A DNA stretch of 64,000 bases from the NCBI GenBank assembly GCA_951406725.2, contig OX597814.1, positions 33,108,001 through 33,172,000 on the forward strand. The letters run 5' to 3'. Below are positions 51,462 through 64,000 of the stretch, one piece after another. The stretch is from Octopus vulgaris. Lineage: Eukaryota. The first letter of the stretch is position 1. Every line of letters starts with the position of its first letter. The notes below the pieces were generated by a model. The model saw only the letters and a program-made list of their open reading frames with translations. It was not told the origin of the DNA and did not search any database. A program made the position numbers and the translations under genes.

Positions 51462-52426
51462 TTGTCAATTTCTTAGACGTTTCCTTAGATCTTAATAATA
51501 ATATTTATAAGCCTTATAGGAAGCCCAATGATAGACTAAGTTATATTAATGTAGGTTCATGCCATCCCCCTATAGTATTCAAAAATTTAGTTAAAAATAT
51601 TAGTAAGAAGATTTCTAGCCTCTCATCTAATGAGGACATCTTCAATAGCGTTGCCCCAGTTTATAATAAAGCTTTAAAAGATAGTGGTTTTAGCGAAAAA
51701 ATAAAATATACACCTATCACCAGCCCAACAGTAAGGAAAAGGAATAATAGAAATAGGAAGGTCATCTGGTTTACGCCCCCTTACTCACCCGAGGTGGCCT
51801 TCAATATAGGTAAATATTTCCTAGCACTAATAGATAGACATTTTCCAGTTAACCATGCTTATAGGAAACTCTTCAATAGACACAATTTAAAAATTAGTTT
51901 TAGTTCAACTACCAATTTTAAAAACATAATCAATCATAACATACAAAAAACACAAGAAGAAAACAGCTGTTCATGCAGGAATAAAGAATTGTGCCCGCTA
52001 AATGGAGCTTGCATGTCCAAGACCATCATATATGAAGCTACCGTAAACTCTATAACCACTAAAGACACCGTTTCGACGAAGAAATACGTGGGCCTGACAG
52101 AGGGTAATTTCAAGGCCAGGTTCAATAACCACACTTTGAGCTTTAGGCACTGGAACAAAAGAAAAGCGACACAATTATCCAATCATATTTGGTCTTTAAG
52201 AGATAAAGGTGTCGATTATAACATACAATGGAAGATTTTGGCCAGATGTAAGCCCTACACTAACGGCAGCGGAAGGTGCGGTTTATGCGACATGGAGAGA
52301 TGGCTTATCTGGAAAAGCAGCTTAGACCCTACCACATGTCTAAATACAAGGACAGAGCTTTTCGGATCATGCCCACATGTGACTAAATTTCTGTTACGTT
52401 TTTGGTCCCCTAAAGAAAACGGATAG
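51462..52426 (+). pseudogene. Second 5'-truncated PLE ORF copy (thumb and GIY-YIG)
   Basis: Same protein from VNFLDV onward, with one V/A difference. Confidence 0.9.
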
Positions 52427-52621
52427 AACATGCTTTCTGTGTTATGTCCCAAGAAGATTTTATATATTTTTATGTATTTTTATATATTTTTATGTATTTT
52501 TATATAATTTTTATAACGAAAATATGCGAGCGATGTATAAGTACGCAGGCAAAGCAGAGTTATAACAGAGTAATTTCCCTTCATTTTTAACGGTATTTTT
52601 TCATAACGTTTTCAAATAGCC

Positions 52622-52684
52622 AGATAACCGAAGAGATGGTGTTGTGGATTTCCACTTCGGCATCTGAAACTCAGAGTTTTATCT
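52622..52684 (+). ncRNA. Hammerhead ribozyme of the Naiad-like pLTR, U4C core variant
   Basis: AGATAA-CCGAAGA-GATG...CATC-tGAA-ACTC-A-GAGT-T-TTATCT: 6 bp stem I, stem II GATG/CATC, stem III with 1 nt loop, GUU triplet. Confidence 0.7.
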
Positions 52685-52799
52685 TGACTACCGAGTAATG
52701 TAACATATTGTATAGATAAATTTCCTCTATTTACATAATATTGAGGTCTCTTTCTTTCTTTTGTTATCTTACCGTTTTATCAATATATATATATATATA

Positions 52800-53006
52800 T
52801 ATTTATGTTTGTGTGTCTGTGTTTGTCCCCCTTGACAACCGATGCTGGTGTGTTTACGTCCCCGTGAACTAGCGGTTCAACAAAAGACCCCGATAGAATA
52901 AGTACTACGCTTACAAAGAATAAGTCCTGGGGTGGATTTGCTCGACTAAAGGCGGTGCTCCAGCGTGGCCACAGTCAGATGAATACAAGTAAAAGAGTAA
53001 AGAGTA
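52800..53006 (+). mobile_element. SINE family A, 3' half (continuation of 49811-49974)
   Basis: GTTTGTGTGTCTGTGTTTGTCCCCC...GGCGGTGCTCCAGC...GTAAAAGAG tail. Confidence 0.9.
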
Positions 53007-53358
53007 AAATAGAGATAAATTAAAAGTGACTAAATCGCAAGACTGCACTGAAAGATGGGTAGTGTTGAATCACAAATCTTTAATGTATTTGAGAGCATAT
53101 TATGGTTCCGAAACGAAATGCGTTGTCCCTAAAAGCAATAAGTATGTGTGGATGTGTTGGTGTGTACACGTATGTGTGTGAGTAAAAGAGAGAGTGAGAG
53201 AGAGAAGCAGTGATAATACGTAGACGTAGCTTCAAGGTATTCAGTTTTCGACAAATAGTGTTACACTACTCTCATTGACTTTGAGTACATTTTCTCCCAA
53301 TTGCAATTCAAATACCATCTAGAAACCACGACTAATCTCACACGCTGACACACGCTCG

Positions 53359-53405
<47 letters not shown>

Positions 53406-53410
<5 letters not shown>

Positions 53411-53607
53411 ATCCAAACAAGAGAGCACAAAAAAACACAACAATGCGAGGACGTGGAACAAATATAGTATTATTGGACGCTCAGGAAAGAAGGAAAGAAG
53501 GAGGATTTAACGTTTCGAGCGGAGCTCTTCGTCGGAAACATAGGAGAAGGAAAGATCCAGAGAAGGGAAGACAGAGGGAAAAAAATCGCCAACGGTACAC
53601 ACGAGGT

Positions 53608-53610
<3 letters not shown>
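53406..53610 (-). mobile_element. Solo pLTR-like mini-element with U4C HHR, cleanly bounded by (TA)n
   Basis: GTTT-CCGACGA-A-GAGC-TCC-GCTC-GAAAC-GTT-AAAT at 53505-53539. Confidence 0.75.
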
Positions 53611-53649
<39 letters not shown>

Positions 53650-53961
53650 ATGGGATAGTTACTATGAGGAATTGTGTAGAATATATTGTATAAAGGATCG
53701 TGGGTAAGGGCAAAACAATGCGAAGTAAATGCCAGGTAAATCACAAGAAAACAAATATATGAATTAATGTAGACCTACATTGTATTCAGTATTTCGGGTG
53801 TATGTTAATGGCTTCGTCCCCAGGGGACATGACTAAATCGCAAGCACAAAAAGTAGGATAGTGTTGAATCACAAGTCTTTAATGCATTTGACAGTATATT
53901 ATGGTTCCATAACGAAATACGGTGTCCCTAAAAGCAATAAAAATGTATGTGGTGGGGATTA

Positions 53962-54033
<72 letters not shown>

Positions 54034-54094
54034 CGTGAGAGAGAGAAGTAGTGAGTATACAAAGACTTCCTCCAGGGATGAGGCCATTAACATA

Positions 54095-55127
54095 CACCGG
54101 ACCTTCAATAACATTGGCATAAACATCAAATTCGAGATTGAATGTCCAGACGAATCTGGAATCCTCTCAAGATCTCAGATGAAGTCTCCATATTTACGAA
54201 ATTCTACAGAAAAGCCGCTAATAGAAAGCTTTTCGCTCACTACCAATAAGCCTTAACCGCCAGAGCCAAAGCTGTGTACGTGAGAAACGTGATTGCACGT
54301 ATAAACAATTGCAGCAACATGACTGACAAAGCAGCCAACACCAAGCAGTTCCTCAGAGACCTAACCCTCAATAGCTACCCACTATATTTAGCCAAACAAC
54401 GGCGACTAAAGAACATCAAGGTCAATATAGCCCGGAAAAACCATCATACTTCCAATTCTTACATGTGCTTTCTAAAGCTACCACCTTGACAGAACCACTG
54501 ATGCGATACAACATACAGTCCGCAGGAAGGACTCGACATACAGATAGTGCACACCGGCCCTTCCCTGAGAAAAGCTCTGTCCAAGAAGAACACTTCTCAC
54601 TATTCCGAGGAGTGCACATTATCGAACTACCCCATTAATGACCTTATTGTGCGAGAGGACCTATGTTGTATACGAGATCATCTGTGGCAAATGTGGCACA
54701 TCCTATATAGGAAACACAAGAAAACTGCATATACGCATTAAGGAACACATTCAGGCAGACAAATCCGTGAAGAAACATCTATGGAAATTCCAGATCCGGA
54801 AATTCACAGTGCAACTCAAGGCAACACAGCGGAATAGGGGCAACCTTAGATTCCCTGAGGCCATCCTCATACACCAAAAGAAACCTAAGATCAACAACAG
54901 AAGAGAATTACAGGAAGCTAACTGGTTGTTATAGCAACATCTTTCCATATACGACCACGCATACACACATCAGCAACATTAGTTAATTTCTTGAAAATGG
55001 TGTCCTAACCCCGAAATATTGAAAACAAGGTAAGTCTACATTAATTCATATATTTGTTTTCCTGTGATTTACCTTGCATTTACTTCGCATTGCTCTGGCC
55101 TTACCCACGATACTTTATACAATATAC
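54095..55127 (+). mobile_element. Decayed Penelope-like element (RT end, thumb, GIY-YIG, pLTR)
   Basis: FNNIGINIKFEIE, LTLNSYP, VVYEIICGKCGTSYIGNT...RIKEH, EAILI...PKIN. The 3' end 55010-55127 has an inverted copy at 53682-53797. TTGAAAA...GAAATATT HHR-like motif near 54990-55022. Confidence 0.82.
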
Positions 55128-55132
55128 ATAAT

Positions 55133-55244
55133 GGTCCCGTATTCAGTCCCGCTGCGTGGCATCTTGAGCAAGTGTCTTCTACTATAACTTTGGACCAACC
55201 AAAGCCTTGTGACTGGATATAGTAGTCGGGAACTGAAAGGAGCT

Positions 55245-55249
<5 letters not shown>
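55133..55249 (+). mobile_element. Degenerate SINE family A 5' fragment
   Basis: ttcagtcccgctgcgtggcatcttgagcaagtgtcttctactata... Confidence 0.75.
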
Positions 55250-55304
<55 letters not shown>

Positions 55305-55310
<6 letters not shown>

Positions 55311-55428
55311 GTTGTCCGGAAAGTTCCTGTCTTTCGACTTATTTTAGAATATGGTTGAGTTCATAAAATAGGATTTGACTACACCTCCATTTAGAGCACA
55401 GTTTAAGCTATCTTTTCGTGGAAGAAGC
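55305..55428. mobile_element. Tc1/mariner-like terminal fragment
   Basis: TA followed by TTGGGTTGTCCGGAAAGTTC, resembling mariner TIR starts; no partner TIR found. Confidence 0.45.
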
Positions 55429-55455
55429 TTTATGTGTATATATGTATATATATGC

Positions 55456-55518
<63 letters not shown>

Positions 55519-55777
55519 CGTGCGTGTGTATGTATGTATGTATGTATGTATGTATATATGAAGGTTTAGTATCTAGCGGGCACGAATGCCAATCAGTACA
55601 GCATGTCGTTTCCAAATAGCTGGCAGTGTAAATTGCGTCACGGTACTGTTACTATCACAGAGAGTGCCCAACAGACCCTACTATACAGTGTGGTCGACAA
55701 AATCAAAAATGATGCGCATGCATGATATTAAAAATATAAAATGGCAACAATTCACCTATCGCTCCCTCTGTACATAA

Positions 55778-55990
55778 GCAAGAGTAAACAAGAGAGACAG
55801 AGAAAGGCAGAAACAGGGAAAATGCCACTTATATTTGAACACTATACAAATATTCTTTTAAAAAACTTTACTCTTAATTTTTCTAAATTTAATTATTTAA
55901 TTGTTACAGTTGAAAAGGTCTCAATGACTGAAACCAGTACTGAAATGTTCTTTATAAAATCATTTTAGCATTTTCTATCCTGACCTGTTT

Positions 55991-55997
<7 letters not shown>
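55778..55997 (+). mobile_element. PLE-like 3' end with U3:A8 HHR (55904-55945)
   Basis: CAG-TTGAAAA-GGTC-TCAAT-GACT-GAAAC-CA-GTA-CTG; ends at (TA)n. Confidence 0.68.
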
Positions 55998-56040
<43 letters not shown>

Positions 56041-56042
56041 TT

Positions 56043-56240
56043 ATTTATTATATAGAAGGAGCTTCTACAGGACTAGAACTGTTTCATTCAAAAGAAATCA
56101 TCAGGAAGCCTGATGATTTCTTTTGAATGAAACAGTTCTAGTCCTGTAGAAGCTCCTTCTATATAATAAATTAATTTACTCTGATATGTATTGAGTACCT
56201 TATTTACTGTGGTTAACCCCGACTCAACCCGGGACCTACA
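56043..56240. mobile_element. Miniature fold-back element: perfect 63 bp inverted arms each with an HHR core, plus ~70 bp tail
   Basis: 56043-56105 / AAG / 56109-56171; CTGATGA-tTTC-TTTT-GAAt-GAAAC-A-GTT; (TA)n on both sides. Confidence 0.75.
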
Positions 56241-56335
56241 TATATATATATATATATATAATATGGCGGTGCCCCAGCATGGCCACAGCTCGTGAGCTGA
56301 AACTGGATAAAATGAAAATTATATATATATATATA

Positions 56336-56523
56336 GTGAGAATTTACAAAAAGACAAAAGACGAAGACGGATGTGTAAACATGTAAACATCCAACAGATG
56401 TATTAGTTTAACGCTCGGGAAGTGAGAAAGTCTTTTACGTTTCGAGCCCACGCACTTCGACAAAAAGGAACACAGAAATAAACAGGGTGAGAAAATAAAA
56501 AAAAAGGTTTAGAGGCTAGCGAT
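56336..56523 (-). mobile_element. Solo pLTR of the PLE family at 8435-9910
   Basis: Reverse complement matches 9758-9910; HHR-like TTGTCGA-A-GTGC-GTGG-GCTC-GAAAC-GTA at 56432-56467. Confidence 0.75.
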
Positions 56524-57178
56524 TGGATCCTATAAATATTTGTGTGTGTGTGTGTTCAAATATAAAATAGAAGCTGCGCTAGTGTCATAAACAGTATCGA
56601 CCGTAAATACTTACCGAGAGTAAATAGTCTCCTCTCTCTCGATATATATGTGTGTGATAGAGACGCAGGGAGGTATGTATGTGCAAGTTCCTGTGTGTGT
56701 ATATTTCCTTTAAAAAGATATTTTGTATTTAATAAATAAACATTACACGGGTGCATAACATGCATTTGATTAAGTCAGAAATCGAAATCACTTCCTCACC
56801 TAGACTCTCAACTAGCTTATACGTTAATGTATGGCGTAATTTCAGAACGTCAAATCTATACAAAATGATAAAGAACACCAGAGATAGAGAAATAGAAAAG
56901 TTCTAAATTTAAACAATTCGAAAGAGTATTAATGATTTATGTGTGTATATTTATATCATTATGACTTGCGCTTGAAACCGTAACCGCCAACTTGGATTAG
57001 TGAAAGTTTGCGAAAATAAACAAGAGACGTCATATGTACTAAAAATATGGCCGTACAAATTCGAGAGGGAGAAATCTACAACTTAACACTCATAAACGTA
57101 TCTTTTATTATTGTGAATAACTAAACGACAAAAAAAAATAAAAGGAAAATTACGCATTGGTCAAATAAATATCAAGAT

Positions 57179-57249
<71 letters not shown>

Positions 57250-57599
57250 CATACATACGTACATATATATATATATATATATTGCATTTTTTTTAACTTC
57301 TTTTTCTTTCCTAAGTTCTTTTCAACTTTTCTATTGAGAAAATGCCATCACAAAAGTTGTTGCCGCTGGAAACTAAAACACTAGCGTCAGTTCCTCATCT
57401 TTCTGAAAGGGAGTTACCTGAATGTCAAAGACTTGGAAACTATTTGAAGACTATAGTATAATATCCTAGAAGGTCGCCTGGAACGTTGAGACGAGCACTT
57501 CGTGTTAGATACACGCTTTCTATCACGTAGAGCTCATTAGCCTGATGTAAGGCAAAGTTGATATTCAATGATTTTCTATATGCATATGTACATACATGT

Positions 57600-57608
57600 A
57601 CGTTGTAT

Positions 57609-57645
<37 letters not shown>

Positions 57646-57648
57646 TAT

Positions 57649-57742
<94 letters not shown>

Positions 57743-58188
57743 ATATGCATATATATGCATACATACAAGCACACTTACGTTTAGAAACGTGCAAACCACT
57801 GCATACGCATGTATACACCGATATGTATCACCTTATGAATGTGCGCACATGTCACTACACTTCCAAAAACAGTAATATTCTAAAGACCAAATATGTGTGT
57901 GTGAGTGTATGTGTGTGTGTGTGTGTGTGTGAGCGCGCGCACACACACACTTATTCACACACGCACACATGAACATACACATGAACATACGTTCTACTTA
58001 GCTTTTGTGGTATTGACTGTTACGTATTCTTATAATGTTTTTATCATCACCAGCAGCATCAACATTTTCATCATGAACAACGTTAGTGAATACTTTTTTA
58101 AGGAAACTATATATACCGACTGGTATATAATAATGATAGTAACAACAAGAAAAGCAACAACAGCAATAATAATGATAATAATAATAAC

Positions 58189-58263
<75 letters not shown>

Positions 58264-58435
58264 GTTAACAATGCTATGAAGGAAAATTGTGAGCATGTGG
58301 TTTCAGAAAACATTTATCTATACACACAAACACACACACACACACACATACACTTATAGACACACACACACAAAGACACAAAAAACACATACTCACTAGT
58401 GTATTAGTGTGTGCGTGTGTGGTTGTGTGTGTGAA

Positions 58436-58469
<34 letters not shown>

Positions 58470-58871
58470 AGAGAAAGAGAAAGGGAGAAAGATTGTGTGC
58501 ATAGATACTTAGAATGTTATTTAGTACGCGATAAAAACGAAAGAAATCAAGACAAAGTTAAGATGAATGGGTGAAATAAAAATATTAAAACAAATAGACA
58601 TGACCAGAAAGGAAAATATGAAAGAAAAATAGAACGAAGAAAAAAGAGAAGGGGAATGAAAGAAGAGGCAGAATAAGAAGAAAAAATTAGCAAGGAAGAA
58701 AAGAAAAATGGGAAGAGAGTAGGCAGAAATGTATAAATGAAAAGATATGAAAATAATGATAGGATAATGAACAGATTATGGCTGGGAAAATGAGATATTG
58801 CCCATCCAGAATTACGGAAGATAGAATAATGAAAGAAACAAAACATCTGTATACACACACAAACACACACA

Positions 58872-58933
<62 letters not shown>

Positions 58934-59228
58934 CACACACACTTACAATTACATATTCACACAGACTCACACATACATATACATATACAAACGCACATAC
59001 GAGTAAAACGTTTAGGCGAACTCACACAAGCACACACACACATGAAAGCTATATCATACGCGTACCGATAGAAATATGCGCATACAAGTACATAAAACAT
59101 CTCCACCAAGCCTCTTTCAAGCATAGGGTTGATGTGTGTGAGTTTGCTGGGGAAGTGCACGCATAAATACTTCCAGGTTTATAAGTACGTGTGTGCCTGA
59201 GTGTCAATGTTTGTATGCATATCTATTG

Positions 59229-59274
<46 letters not shown>

Positions 59275-59277
59275 GAT

Positions 59278-59308
<31 letters not shown>

Positions 59309-59463
59309 CATGTAATTTGTACATACTACACAGATATATACATATGTATATATATATATATAATAGCATATAGAGAGATAGATATATAAAATTTTATATA
59401 CTTATAAATGGCTGTGTGTGTGTATCTTTGAGAAAATATGTGTATATATCTACACACACATGG

Positions 59464-59511
<48 letters not shown>

Positions 59512-59593
59512 AAATATATCCATATAAATATGTATACATCTGCAGATTATACATATACATACATATAATATATATCTATATTTTTATGCTTCC

Positions 59594-59631
<38 letters not shown>

Positions 59632-59806
59632 ATGTATATACACATATACATTTATATATATATAGATGTGCTGTAAGTAGCAGGATAGATGAATGTAGAA
59701 CATTCATATTTTTCTCTCGAAATCCTCGTTCACATTCTAAACACGCAGACACACGCACGCACACACACACACACACGCACACACACACACACACACACAA
59801 ACACAT

Positions 59807-59837
<31 letters not shown>

Positions 59838-60018
59838 AACACGCACACACACACTTACACACACATACACTCATATAGAACACGTAATGAACACACATTG
59901 ACGCATGCAGGTAAGAAAAATATCATTTACATACACGTAGAGACAAAAAAAAAACATATGCATTGATATATTGTCGGTTTACTCCGAAATCATAACAATA
60001 ATAACAACAACAATAATA

Positions 60019-60050
<32 letters not shown>

Positions 60051-60070
60051 AATGATAATAATAATAATAA

Positions 60071-60101
<31 letters not shown>

Positions 60102-60121
60102 AAGAAGAATAACAACAATTC

Positions 60122-60172
<51 letters not shown>

Positions 60173-60178
60173 CAATTC

Positions 60179-60240
<62 letters not shown>

Positions 60241-60449
60241 ATAATGATTATGATGATACGAAGAAGACAAAAGCAAATAGACAAATTTGAAAGAAAGACA
60301 TTAAGGCGGGGAAAATATAATTATGAAAAGACAAACAGCAAATAATAAGATTATTCAAGTGTATATATATATGTTTTATTTCATTTATTAATATATATAT
60401 ATATATATGTATGTATGTATGTATATGTATATGTATATATATATGTACG

Positions 60450-60508
<59 letters not shown>

Positions 60509-60703
60509 TGTGTATAAATAGACAGATAGATACATACATACATACATACATACATACGCACAAACATACACACATACGTACGTACATATGTATGTATGTA
60601 TGTGTGTATGTATGTATAATGCACACGGTACCAGGAAAAAACTACTAGATTTAGGGACTTAAGTTAGCAAAAAGAAAATATATCTGTTAGATTTTATACA
60701 GAT

Positions 60704-60757
<54 letters not shown>

Positions 60758-60881
60758 TTAATAATAATAATAATAATAATAATAATGATGATGATGATGA
60801 TAATAATAACAATAATATTAATACTAGTAATAATAATAATAATAATTATTATTATTATTATTATTATTATTATCATCATCA

Positions 60882-60919
<38 letters not shown>

Positions 60920-61206
60920 GTTGTTGTTGTTGTTGTTGTTGTAATGATATTATTAGTATTAATAACACTTATAGGAATAAGAAATTGGAGGTCCACGCGA
61001 TGTAAGTACTAGAAATGAAAAAAAGTCATTTTTAGAAAATGGAGACAATGGTTGTGACTCTGTGGATAAGAGTCTGTGTATGTAAGGCTGTGCTCAGTGG
61101 TGGGTGTTCGTATCTCTGTCTATCACACTATTTATGTATCTGTCTCTGCTTCTCTCACCCTATGTCTTTCTCACTCTCTCTGTCTCTCTCTCTCTTTCTC
61201 TCTCAC

Positions 61207-61278
<72 letters not shown>

Positions 61279-61279
61279 C

Positions 61280-61348
<69 letters not shown>

Positions 61349-62316
61349 CGTGCATATATATATTACATACGTATAGATGAATCTATATGTATCAACATAT
61401 AGATACACATAAATATAGATATACATATGTGTATATATATATATCTATATATGAAAGTGTGTGTGTGTGTGTATGTATGTGTGTGCGTGTGTGTGTGCCT
61501 GTATACATAGATTCTCTCTTCCTCTACTTCTCTTTCTATGACTGCATACTTATTCATATTCATACGCGTACACACGCACACACATACAATATAGCCTAGC
61601 CATATCTGTTCCCAGTGTAAGCAGAGCATACGTATGTACGTGTATGTGTATATGTGTATTTATGTGTGTGTGTGTGTGTAAGTGTCGGTACGTATGTGTG
61701 TGTGAGGGGTGGTAGCGTGTGAGTGTATGATGTATGGCAGTGGCTATGAGAGTGTGTATATGAGGTCACGTGTGTCTGACTAGCGGTGTCATTTTATTTC
61801 TTTTTTCTGACTAATTGTTTTCTCGTTTACGTTTTTATATTTTCTTCGTTTCGTTTCTTTTCTACTGGTGTTGTTTTTGTTTTTATCGTTGCTGCTAGTG
61901 CTTATACTTAATTCTCTCTATGATTTCTCCCTTCCATGTAACTAATATCGTTTTGTTTTTATCCCATTTCCAATTTCGATGCAGTTAGTAACGAGGCGAT
62001 ATATATATACATATGTATATATATTTTTATATACATACATACATATATATACATACATATATACATACATATATATATATATATTTAAACATTCTGTATA
62101 GATTATATAAATATTTTGCTATGTACATTTATATGTACATACACACACACACTTACACACACACACACACACACACATATGTACACGTATATACACACAT
62201 GCACACACACACACACACACACATATATATGTATATAAATATATGTATATACATATATATATATGTGTGTATATGTATATATATATACATGTATATAGAC
62301 ATGCATACATATGTAC

Positions 62317-62363
<47 letters not shown>

Positions 62364-63562
62364 TGTATGCATGTGTAAGTGGGTGCATGTGGAATGGCGT
62401 CCGCATGTACATGTGGTGAAGTGTGCGTAAATGCTGAAATATGCCGGGATTCATTATCGCCTCTCCATTACTTATCCTCACTATACAAAACACTACGCTT
62501 TAAACATTAAAAAAAAACCTCACTATTATACTTCCGTCTAATTTTGATTGATAAGCTCCCCCCCCCCCCCTTCCCTTTACAATTTGCTTTTCTCGAAAAT
62601 TTCTTCACTTACCATGTTTACTTGATATATTTTTCTCCTGACTTAAAGCCCTGTTGATGTTAACGTTGATGTTGCTGGATTCCCAGCTAGCAGTCATTTC
62701 CTTTTCGTTTTCGTTTTTCTTTTTTGGTCTATATTTTGTTCTTATCATTGATTTCGAATAGTTATTTTTTGTTGCCCTTCATCACAATAAATTGGGCAAA
62801 TTGATTTTGGTCCCCACAAAAAAAAAATACAATAAAATAATCTTTTATTTTTTTTTTCATTATTTCTTTTATTATTTTTCTTATATCAGGTTAGGATTTT
62901 GACTTCCTTTCTTCTTATTCCCGTGTCTTATTTCTTTATATTACCTTTTTCTTCTGCCATCGAAGTGTGCATGACTACGGTTGTGTGTACCATATATGTT
63001 TATCTCTCTATCCTATCTGTATATACACGACTCTGTATACACACACACACAGAGCATATACATATACATATATATATATTATATATATATATATATACAC
63101 ATACATAGACATCTACGCACACAAATACATGTGTATCGATAGAAGTATACAAAAACTGAAATAGTATATACCTGTGTGTCTGCATTGTCTATGTATATAT
63201 CTATATATGTATATATTTCTCTATTTACTTTTCCATTAGGGCTTCATTTTCTCTCCTTCCTTTCCTTTATCATCTCTTTCCCTCTTCTATGTCCCCAAAC
63301 ATTGGTGTTGTTTTTTACATGTATGTGAAAGCACATATGTTTGCAACTAGCATATATATATACACTCATACAGAATTGTATGCTTATAAACTTACATATA
63401 TATATCACAAAAACATGTCAAAACATATTTCATATGGGAGCGTCTGCATGTATTTTTCTATGCATCTCCATGTTTGTCTCTCTCTCTCTCTCTCTCTCTC
63501 TCCCTATATATATACATATATATACATATATATACATCTATATACACATACATATATATATA

Positions 63563-63608
<46 letters not shown>

Positions 63609-63969
63609 TACATATACATACATATATATAAACATAAATCTGTATATCCATTGTTCTAATTATACCTAAATATATATATATATATATATGTATATACGTA
63701 TGTGTATACGTCTGCACGCATACAAAAAAATATGCATGCATATATATGTGTGTATGTATGCGTGTGATTCTATATGTTTAAGTATATGTGTCCGTGCATC
63801 TATAGGCAAGACTGTGTATGGTGAATTTGTGCGATGAAACAAATTTTGTGTTTTTGCGGGGTCAATACACCAATAAAAAAAAAAAAACACTTCTCCTTCT
63901 CCAAAAGAAAAGCTCTACTTTATATTTTGACCCCCACTGTGTTCAGCCATGTGTGACCAATAAAGAAAC

Positions 63970-64000
<31 letters not shown>
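57600..64000. repeat. Microsatellite-dominated low-complexity region: (TA)n, (CA)n, (AAT)n, (ATAC)n, (AG)n
   Basis: Directly visible; ORFs here are repeat translations. Confidence 0.85.

Larger units (their letters stand above)
50008..52783. mobile_element. Young Naiad-like Penelope element: two 5'-truncated copies head-to-head
   Basis: 50008-51260 and 51462-52714 are ~1253 bp inverted arms in which I saw only two substitutions. A ~200 bp spacer extends the minus copy into RT, there is a 69 bp tail at 52715-52783, and (TA)n lies on both sides. Confidence 0.92.

Noticed and set aside
50296-52426. Host GIY-YIG nuclease gene pair, or pure assembly artefact
   Set aside because: RT motifs, a pLTR hammerhead, (TA)n flanks and the split SINE indicate a PLE. 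Arm mismatches, the unique spacer and the tail argue against a simple artefact.

Overview
AT-rich, microsatellite-saturated eukaryotic DNA with no recognisable host protein-coding gene. Nearly all ORF-track entries are translations of (TA)n/(CA)n/(AAT)n runs. The SINE families and repeat landscape look like an octopus (coleoid cephalopod) intergenic or intronic region; this taxon call is an inference. Supported content: one intact tRNA-Gln(CTG) gene, three tRNA-derived SINE families, remnants of CR1/L2-, RTE- and R4/Dong-type LINEs, a non-autonomous Helitron, a mariner-like end, and many Penelope-like element (PLE) pieces. The main hidden structure is a population of mostly (TA)n-associated PLE-derived elements from several unrelated families. 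They carry minimal type I hammerhead ribozyme (HHR) motifs (more than 15 seen by eye), including recurrent U3:A8 and U4C core variants. They repeatedly adopt one fold-back layout, (TA)n - inverted arm - arm - unpaired 3' tail - (TA)n, from about 200 bp up to a near-perfect 2.8 kb Naiad-like insertion that splits a SINE. All coordinates were read by eye and may be a few bases off.
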